32,000 bases of DNA from the NCBI GenBank assembly GCA_964481045.1, contig CAYZSG010000008.1, positions 18,956 through 50,955 on the forward strand. Reading direction: 5' to 3'. The stretch comes from an uncultured Candidatus Odyssella sp. GTDB taxonomy: Bacteria > Pseudomonadota > Alphaproteobacteria > Bin65. The first letter of the stretch is position 1; each line of letters opens with the position of its first letter. Shown piece after piece: positions 26,654-32,000 of this stretch. The notes under the pieces were generated by a model. The model saw only the letters and a program-made list of their open reading frames with translations. It was not told the DNA's origin and did not search any database. The position numbers were made by a program, and so were the translations under genes.

Positions 26654-29128
26654 CTACTCGAACACTTTCGGATCGATCGGCCCGTCGAACGTCACGGTCT
26701 CGTAGGCCAGAACGATGCGGCCCAGAATCGGGACGGTGATGGCCGTGGCGAACGGCACGCGGATGCCGTTCACCGCGCGGTAGTCGGAATAGTCGGCGCT
26801 GACCGAGAGCGGCACCAGCGTGTCGCCGATATAGACCGGCGGCTCCTCGCGCAGCACGAGGTATGAGCCGGACGAAATGTAGAGCCGGGTGGGCGCAAGA
26901 TTCGGCGGCGCCATTTCGACGACGAAAACATTCTCGCCGTTCACCACGGTTTCGCCGACGAGGGTCGCCACGGCGTAACGCTGCTTCCAGCGATAAAGCG
27001 GATGCGGCACCGCGTTGTGGCGGGCGGCTTCGAGCGCCTTGCCGGTCGCAACCGAACGCGCCCCATCATAGGACACGTCGTAGGAGCCGCGTTCGGTCGT
27101 GACCGAGCGCGTGCGGATGACCACCTTGCCGAACGCGCCGAGCTCGAAGGCGGTCGCGCGCTTGCCGGCCTCAACGTGATCGAGGTACGGCCCGTCCAGC
27201 CCGTCCTTCGCGGCGACGGCGCGGCCAATCGCGCGCATCGAGACCAGCCGGTCGAGCGCCTCGGCGCCGCCGGCCGCCGCTGCGGCGTGCTCCAGAATCT
27301 CGCGCCCGCGCGCCGGATCCTTCACCGGCGCCGAGCCCTCGGCGAGCATGTCCTGCTGCGCGGAGGGCGTTTCGAGCGTGAAGCCCACCACGGCTCCGCT
27401 GGCCGCGCGGCGCACATGCAGGCGATGCGTCGCGGGGCCGCCTTCCAGCCGGTAGTGGTTGCCGCCGTCCGGCACGAGCGGCCGCGGCTCGTCGCCGGCG
27501 ACGACGAGCGCGACGCCGCTCCGGAACGGCGCGATCTCCTTCGTGAGCTTTTTGTCTGCGCTCTGATAGCCGCCGATCAGCGCGGCTTCGGGGCCGCTTT
27601 GCCCGGCCCGCGCGCGCAGAAGCCAGGCATCGTCCTTCTTCAGCAGCGGGATGTCGCCGCCGGAATCCGAAGGCGGCTTGAGCAGCGCGGCCTCGATGCG
27701 GCCCGGCATCGCTTTCGACTCGGCGACGCTCATCGTGTATCCGCCCGATCCCTCGACGTCGTAGAGATTGGTCCCGGCGGGCTTCAACATCAGCGGTGGC
27801 GCGCCCGGAAGAATCATCGCGAAGCCGGCGCCCTCGCGCTTCACCTCGAGCCTGAGATCGTCGCTCGAAAAGTAATGTCCGATGAGCCGCTCCATCGCGA
27901 TGGCGGGGCCCTGAGGCGCCGGGCGCGTCGGAGGCGCCGGAAGCGTGGGCTGCACGACGGCTTGCCAGAACAGATCCTTGGCGATCGCCGCCAGCGCAGA
28001 ATTGTCCTGGTTGGTCAGCAGCGCGAAAGACAGCGCCGTATCGGGCACGAGCACGACGATCGCGGTGAAGCCGGGAATGTTGCCATGGTGATGCGCCACG
28101 AGCAGCCCCGCGCGGGTTTCGAGCATGTATCCGAGGCCATAGCTGCCGTCGGGACTGTGGCGCTCGAAAAGCCGCGCAAAGGCGGCCGGGGCGACGCGCA
28201 CGCCCGGCGCCTGCCCCCGGGCGTTGAGGAAGCGCAGCCATGCGCCCATGTCTTGCGCGGTGCTGTTGAGGGCGCCCGCCGGCGCGATCGCGGCGAGATC
28301 GGCGGGCTTCGCGGCCGCGGCCGTCCCGCTCGCGGCGCTGCCGGTGTAGCCGGTCGCACGGTTCGGGCTGGACGCGAGTTCGGCGAGCGTGAACGTGGAG
28401 GATTTCATGCCGAGCGGCGCCAGGAACCGCTCGGTCATGAACCGCTCGTAGGTCGTGCCGTAGGCGCGCGCCACCGCTGCGCCTGCAAGCGAGACCATCG
28501 TGTTGTTGTAGAGGAATTTCTCGCGCAGCCTGGCGGCCGGCACCGCGCGGCCCGCGAGCTCGATCAGCTCGTCCTGGGTGAAAGAGCCGAACAGGAACGT
28601 GAAATCCGAGCGGTCGAGGCCCGTCCGGTGCGCCAAAAGGTCGATGAAATTGACCTTCGCATCGGCCTCGGGATCGCGCAGGCGAAAGCTCGGCACGAAG
28701 CGGCGCGGGTGATCCTCGAACGCCAGTTTGCCTTCGCCGACGGCCAGCGCCACGGCCACCGCCGTGAACTGCTTGGTGACCGACGCGATCGGGAACACCG
28801 TGTCCGCCGTGACCGCCGCCGGCGCTTCGCGGGAACGCTGGCCAAGCCCCGCGATGCGCAAGATGCGATCGCCCTGCGCGACCACGATGGCGGCGCCGAC
28901 GACGCCAAGCTCCTTCCGCTTCGCCTCGAGCTGCGCGACGAATCCTTCGACGCGGCGCTCGAGCGCGGGCGGGCTGGAGGGCTTCGGTTCCTGGGCGCGT
29001 GCGCCGAGCGATAGGCACGCGATGGCCGCTATCGGCAGAACGGATCGCGCGACGCGCGGCGCCGCCGCTCGTGCGATCCCGCGGGGACTCGCGATTTCCG
29101 AAGACCGGCCAGACCCGACACCGAACAT
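26654..29128 (-). CDS. Beta-lactamase-fold serine hydrolase (class C / PBP4*-like) with a large C-terminal extension
   Basis: Part of ORF 26654..29329. The inner ATG at 29128 has GGAGG 6 nt upstream and gives a signal peptide (SVLPIAAIACLSLGARAQE). The SxxK nucleophile motif is VFPIASVTKQFTAVAV, and HHHGNIPGF lies near the expected KTG/HxG position. About 450 further residues carry no motif I recognise. Confidence 0.8.
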   Translation of the reverse strand: MFGVGSGRSSEIASPRGIARAAAPRVARSVLPIAAIACLSLGARAQEPKPSSPPALERRVEGFVAQLEAKRKELGVVGAAIVVAQGDRILRIAGLGQRSREAPAAVTADTVFPIASVTKQFTAVAVALAVGEGKLAFEDHPRRFVPSFRLRDPEADAKVNFIDLLAHRTGLDRSDFTFLFGSFTQDELIELAGRAVPAARLREKFLYNNTMVSLAGAAVARAYGTTYERFMTERFLAPLGMKSSTFTLAELASSPNRATGYTGSAASGTAAAAKPADLAAIAPAGALNSTAQDMGAWLRFLNARGQAPGVRVAPAAFARLFERHSPDGSYGLGYMLETRAGLLVAHHHGNIPGFTAIVVLVPDTALSFALLTNQDNSALAAIAKDLFWQAVVQPTLPAPPTRPAPQGPAIAMERLIGHYFSSDDLRLEVKREGAGFAMILPGAPPLMLKPAGTNLYDVEGSGGYTMSVAESKAMPGRIEAALLKPPSDSGGDIPLLKKDDAWLLRARAGQSGPEAALIGGYQSADKKLTKEIAPFRSGVALVVAGDEPRPLVPDGGNHYRLEGGPATHRLHVRRAASGAVVGFTLETPSAQQDMLAEGSAPVKDPARGREILEHAAAAAGGAEALDRLVSMRAIGRAVAAKDGLDGPYLDHVEAGKRATAFELGAFGKVVIRTRSVTTERGSYDVSYDGARSVATGKALEAARHNAVPHPLYRWKQRYAVATLVGETVVNGENVFVVEMAPPNLAPTRLYISSGSYLVLREEPPVYIGDTLVPLSVSADYSDYRAVNGIRVPFATAITVPILGRIVLAYETVTFDGPIDPKVFE

Positions 29129-29596
29129 GCGCGCCTCCGACCGATCGCCGGAGGCCACTCTGCAAAACTTCGCAGGCGAGGACAATCGCGCCGACTTTGA
29201 CCGACTGGAAATCAGGCGGCGATTCGGCCCGGCCCCTGGCGCGCCGGCAGGGCGGGCCCACAACGCTGCGATACGCGGCGTATTCCCGTCGTTGGCGCCG
29301 GGACGTGGCTGGGCGACCCGCCCCGGCAAGGCTGCATTCGGTTTCTACATAGAATCGCCTCCGGCGCCACCCGGCGGGTTGGCCTTTCTGCACCGCGCCG
29401 GCCAGTGCGGTTCGCGCCGTTTGCGAGTCGATCCGTTTTGCTGCGTACCCCCTTGACGCCGCGGAGGGGTGCAACCATCTCCCTACCAATCTGAGTCCGG
29501 GCCCCTCTGGCGGCGGAACGTTCCGCCGCGATGTCGGACTCCACCTGCGCGCTGATGCCCAGCCTTTGGGCAGGCGCCGCATCTGGAGGCGTCGAC

Positions 29597-30619
29597 ATGG
29601 ATTCCGTCTGGCTCTGGCTCGGCTTCAATCTCTTCGTTCTCGCGCTGCTCGCGTTCGATCTCGGCGTTCTTCATCGGAAAGAGCGCGCGATATCGGTCCG
29701 CGAGGCAGTTTGGCTCAGCGCAGGCTATGTCGCGCTCGCGGCGGTCTTTGCCGCCGGCGTGGTCCATTTCCGGGGAGCGCAGGCCGGGTATGAGTTCGTA
29801 ACCGGCTACCTGATCGAGAAATCGCTCTCGCTCGACAATGTCTTCGTCTTCTACCTGATATTCGCGCATTTCGCCGTGCCGCCCGCCTACCAGCACCGCG
29901 TGCTGTTCTGGGGCATCCTGGGCGCACTCGCGATGCGCGCGGCGCTGATCGCGGCCGGCGCGGCGCTGATCGCGACGGTGCATTGGATCGTGTTCGTGTT
30001 CGGCGCGTTCCTGATCCTCACCGCGGTGAAGATGCTGCTTGCGGCCGATGCCGAGCCCGATCTCGAGGGCAACCGCATCGTGCGCTTCGTGCGCGCGCGG
30101 TTGCGCGTCACGCCCGACTATCGCGGTCCGCGCTTCTTCGTGCGCGAGGCCGGGCGCGTTTCGGCCACGCCGCTCTTTCTCGTGCTCGTGCTGATCGAGT
30201 TCAGCGATCTCGTCTTCGCGGTCGATTCGATCCCCGCGATCTTCGCAGTGTCGAGCGACCCGTTCATCGTCTACACCGCGAACGTGTTCGCGATCCTGGG
30301 GCTGCGCGCACTGTATTTCGCGCTCGCCGGCATCGTCGGGAGATTCCGCTATCTCAAGTACGGTCTCTCGATCGTTCTGCTCATCGTGGGCGCCAAAATG
30401 ATCGCCAACGGGGTCGCCGGCGAGAAACTCATCCCGGTCGAAATCGCGCTTCTGCTCACGGCCCTCGTGATCGGCGGCTCGATCTTGCTTTCGATGCTGC
30501 GGCCGGCGCCTGTCAGCCGCACGCCCGCCGTCGGCTGGGTACCGGGCTCGGGAACGCGCCCGGCCGTCGAAACCGCGTCTCCCGATAGAACACTCAACTC
30601 GCAAACGGAAAGGAGCTGA
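29597..30619 (+). CDS. TerC/Alx family integral membrane protein
   Basis: Inner ATG at 29597 with GGAGG 7 nt upstream. The protein begins MDSVWLWLGFNLFVLALLAFDLGVLHRK, and YEFVTGYLIEKSLSLDNVFVFYLIFAHFAVPPAYQHRVLFWGILGALAMRAAL is the TerC signature region. Confidence 0.85.
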   Translation: MDSVWLWLGFNLFVLALLAFDLGVLHRKERAISVREAVWLSAGYVALAAVFAAGVVHFRGAQAGYEFVTGYLIEKSLSLDNVFVFYLIFAHFAVPPAYQHRVLFWGILGALAMRAALIAAGAALIATVHWIVFVFGAFLILTAVKMLLAADAEPDLEGNRIVRFVRARLRVTPDYRGPRFFVREAGRVSATPLFLVLVLIEFSDLVFAVDSIPAIFAVSSDPFIVYTANVFAILGLRALYFALAGIVGRFRYLKYGLSIVLLIVGAKMIANGVAGEKLIPVEIALLLTALVIGGSILLSMLRPAPVSRTPAVGWVPGSGTRPAVETASPDRTLNSQTERS

Positions 30620-30622
30620 CCC

Positions 30623-30964
30623 ATGCGTGCCTTGAATTGCCCCCACTGCACCGCGACCGACGCCAACCTCGTCGTCGTCGAGCGCCATGGGATCGAGATC
30701 GACTATTGCCCGCGGTGTCGCGGCATCTGGCTGGAACGCGGGGAACTCGAGAAGATTTTCGAGCGCGAGGCCCGGCTCGGCACGCAGCGCGGCGGCGATG
30801 AGCGGCGCACGGAGTCGCCGCGCCGTCGCGATGACGACGACGACGACGACCACAAGCGACGCGACTGGCGCGGCGGCGGCGAATGGCGGGGCGATGACGA
30901 TCGCGAGGGCCAGCGCCGTCGCCCACGCCGCGAAGGCATTCTCGGCGAGCTGTTCGACTTCTGA
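30623..30964 (+). CDS. TFIIB-type zinc-ribbon protein with a highly charged tail
   Basis: CPHC...N18...CPRCRGIWLERGELEKI matches the zf-TFIIB-type ribbon. The C-terminus is GILGELFDF. AAGGAG lies 8 nt upstream, and the start is 3 nt after the TerC stop. Confidence 0.7.
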   Translation: MRALNCPHCTATDANLVVVERHGIEIDYCPRCRGIWLERGELEKIFEREARLGTQRGGDERRTESPRRRDDDDDDDHKRRDWRGGGEWRGDDDREGQRRRPRREGILGELFDF

Positions 30965-30979
30965 AGCCGGAGGCAGACC

Positions 30980-31651
30980 ATGCGGGACCGGCCAGCCGCG
31001 GCCGCACCGATGGACGCAATCGCGCTCATCGCTTCGGCGCCGCCCCGGCGCACGTCAGAGATTCTGTCGGCACTGGCGGCAAGTCACGCCGGTGAGCGAA
31101 TTACGGTCGGCAACATCATGTGCGGCCTCGGCGACCGGGCGTTCGGCATGCTCCTCTTCGCCTTCGCGGCACCGAACTTGCCGCCGCTCGGCATTCCGGG
31201 TCTCTCGTCGGTGTGCGCCGTTCCGCTGTTGATCCTGGCGCTGCAGCTCATGGCCGGCCGCGCAGAACCCGCGCTCCCCTCATGGGTAACGGCGCGCTCG
31301 ATGCCGACGGCGGCGTTTCGGCGGCTCGTGGCCTTCGTCGTGCCTTGGCTCGGTCGTGCCGAGCGTCTGGTACGCCCGCGCGCCGCCTTTGCCGCCTCGG
31401 GCGTCGGGGAACGCGCGGCCGGCGCCGTGATCGCGGTTCTCGCCCTCGTGCTCGTCCTGCCGATCCCGTTCGGAAATCTGTTGCCCGCAGTAGCGATCGC
31501 GCTGTTCGCGCTGGCGATCGTCGAGCGCGACGGCCTCGCCGCGCTTGCCGGTCATATTGCAGCGGTCGTGAGCCTCGCGGTCGTCGCCGGCGTGGTCATC
31601 GGCTCGGCCGAACTGGCGATGGCAGCGTGGCGCTATCTCTTCGACGCGTGA
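30980..31651 (+). CDS. exoD: ExoD family (exopolysaccharide synthesis) membrane protein
   Basis: ERITVGNIMCGLGDRAFGMLLFAFAAPNLPPLGIPGLSSVCAVPLLILALQLMAGR...LPSWV...ERLVRPR is the ExoD-family pattern. GGAGG lies upstream. Confidence 0.8.
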   Translation: MRDRPAAAAPMDAIALIASAPPRRTSEILSALAASHAGERITVGNIMCGLGDRAFGMLLFAFAAPNLPPLGIPGLSSVCAVPLLILALQLMAGRAEPALPSWVTARSMPTAAFRRLVAFVVPWLGRAERLVRPRAAFAASGVGERAAGAVIAVLALVLVLPIPFGNLLPAVAIALFALAIVERDGLAALAGHIAAVVSLAVVAGVVIGSAELAMAAWRYLFDA

Positions 31652-31658
31652 CGCGGCT

Positions 31659-32000
31659 TTATTCCGCCGCGACGCTCGGGGCCTTGGGCTCGTTGCCGGG
31701 CAGCGGCAGGTTCTTGCCTTCGAACCAGCGCTTGTCGCGCGCGGTGAGCGGCACGTCTTTCATCGCGTCGTAAACGTGGCGCTCGTGCAGGCGCGCGGCC
31801 GGGCGCGCCCTGGTGAGGTCGAGCTCGGGCGCCATCGGGCCCTCGGTGCGGGGCCCGCGCAGATGCACGGCCAACGCCTTCAGCGGGCGCTTGAACGTGT
31901 CTTCCACCGCCGAGCCCTCGTAGCCGCAATGCACCATGCAGTTCGCGCACTTCTCGTATTTGCCGGTGCCGTAGCTGTCCCAGTCGGTCGTCTCCATCAG
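31659..32000 (-). CDS. hpnH: Adenosylhopane synthase HpnH (radical SAM), C-terminal part only (gene runs off the right edge)
   Basis: TDWDSYGTGKYEKCANCMVHCGYEGSAVEDTFKRPLKAL matches the C-terminal domain that follows the radical-SAM core in HpnH proteins. The reading frame stays open to position 32000. The stop TAA is at 31661..31659. Confidence 0.8.
   Translation of the reverse strand: MMETTDWDSYGTGKYEKCANCMVHCGYEGSAVEDTFKRPLKALAVHLRGPRTEGPMAPELDLTRARPAARLHERHVYDAMKDVPLTARDKRWFEGKNLPLPGNEPKAPSVAAE

Noticed and set aside
24639-29582. Long antisense ORFs (24639..26435 minus, 27002..29014 plus, 27171..29582 minus)
   Set aside because: They are shadows of the GT2 and beta-lactamase-fold genes. 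They have low-complexity Arg-rich translations and no motifs.
29330-29596. yybP-ykoY (manganese) riboswitch upstream of the TerC-family gene
   Set aside because: It is expected from gene context, but I could not find the conserved GGGGAGUAG loop or the GAGACC/AAGACC box on the plus strand. I left it as an unclassified structured leader. A covariance-model scan is needed to settle this.

Overview
Very GC-rich, gene-dense bacterial chromosomal window. I did not compute the G+C content. The gene content and hpn gene set suggest a hopanoid-producing alphaproteobacterium, possibly Hyphomicrobiales-like, but that taxonomy is inference only. I can support 27 protein-coding genes, two of them truncated by the window edges. 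I see no rRNA, tRNA, CRISPR array, transposase or integrase.

Layout, left to right:
1. A minus-strand envelope operon: an FHA-like, proline-rich protein, then an unusually large class-B-type PBP transpeptidase, then a membrane-anchored protein that runs off the left edge.
2. An acyl-CoA dehydrogenase.
3. A queuosine tRNA-modification cluster (queG, queF, tgt, queA).
4. A hopanoid locus, hpnC-hpnB-hpnD-hpnE-shc ... hpnG ... hpnH, that is broken up in three ways:
- Two copies of a ~124-bp nested palindromic repeat bracket hpnD.
- A 4-gene cassette sits between shc and hpnG: a secreted esterase, an acyltransferase-3 membrane protein, and a DevC/DevA-like ABC pair with no adaptor gene.
- A ~7.8-kb block sits between hpnG and a convergent hpnH: a membrane-anchored protein, a processive-type GT2, a small ORF, a large beta-lactamase-fold hydrolase, TerC, a zinc-ribbon protein and ExoD.

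Best candidates for something undescribed:
- the esterase/acyltransferase/ABC cassette embedded in the hopanoid operon, as a possible hopanoid tailoring and export module;
- the structured repeat family inside the operon;
- the FHA-like/PBP operon.

All functional calls rest on motifs I recognise by eye in the supplied translations. No database search was possible.
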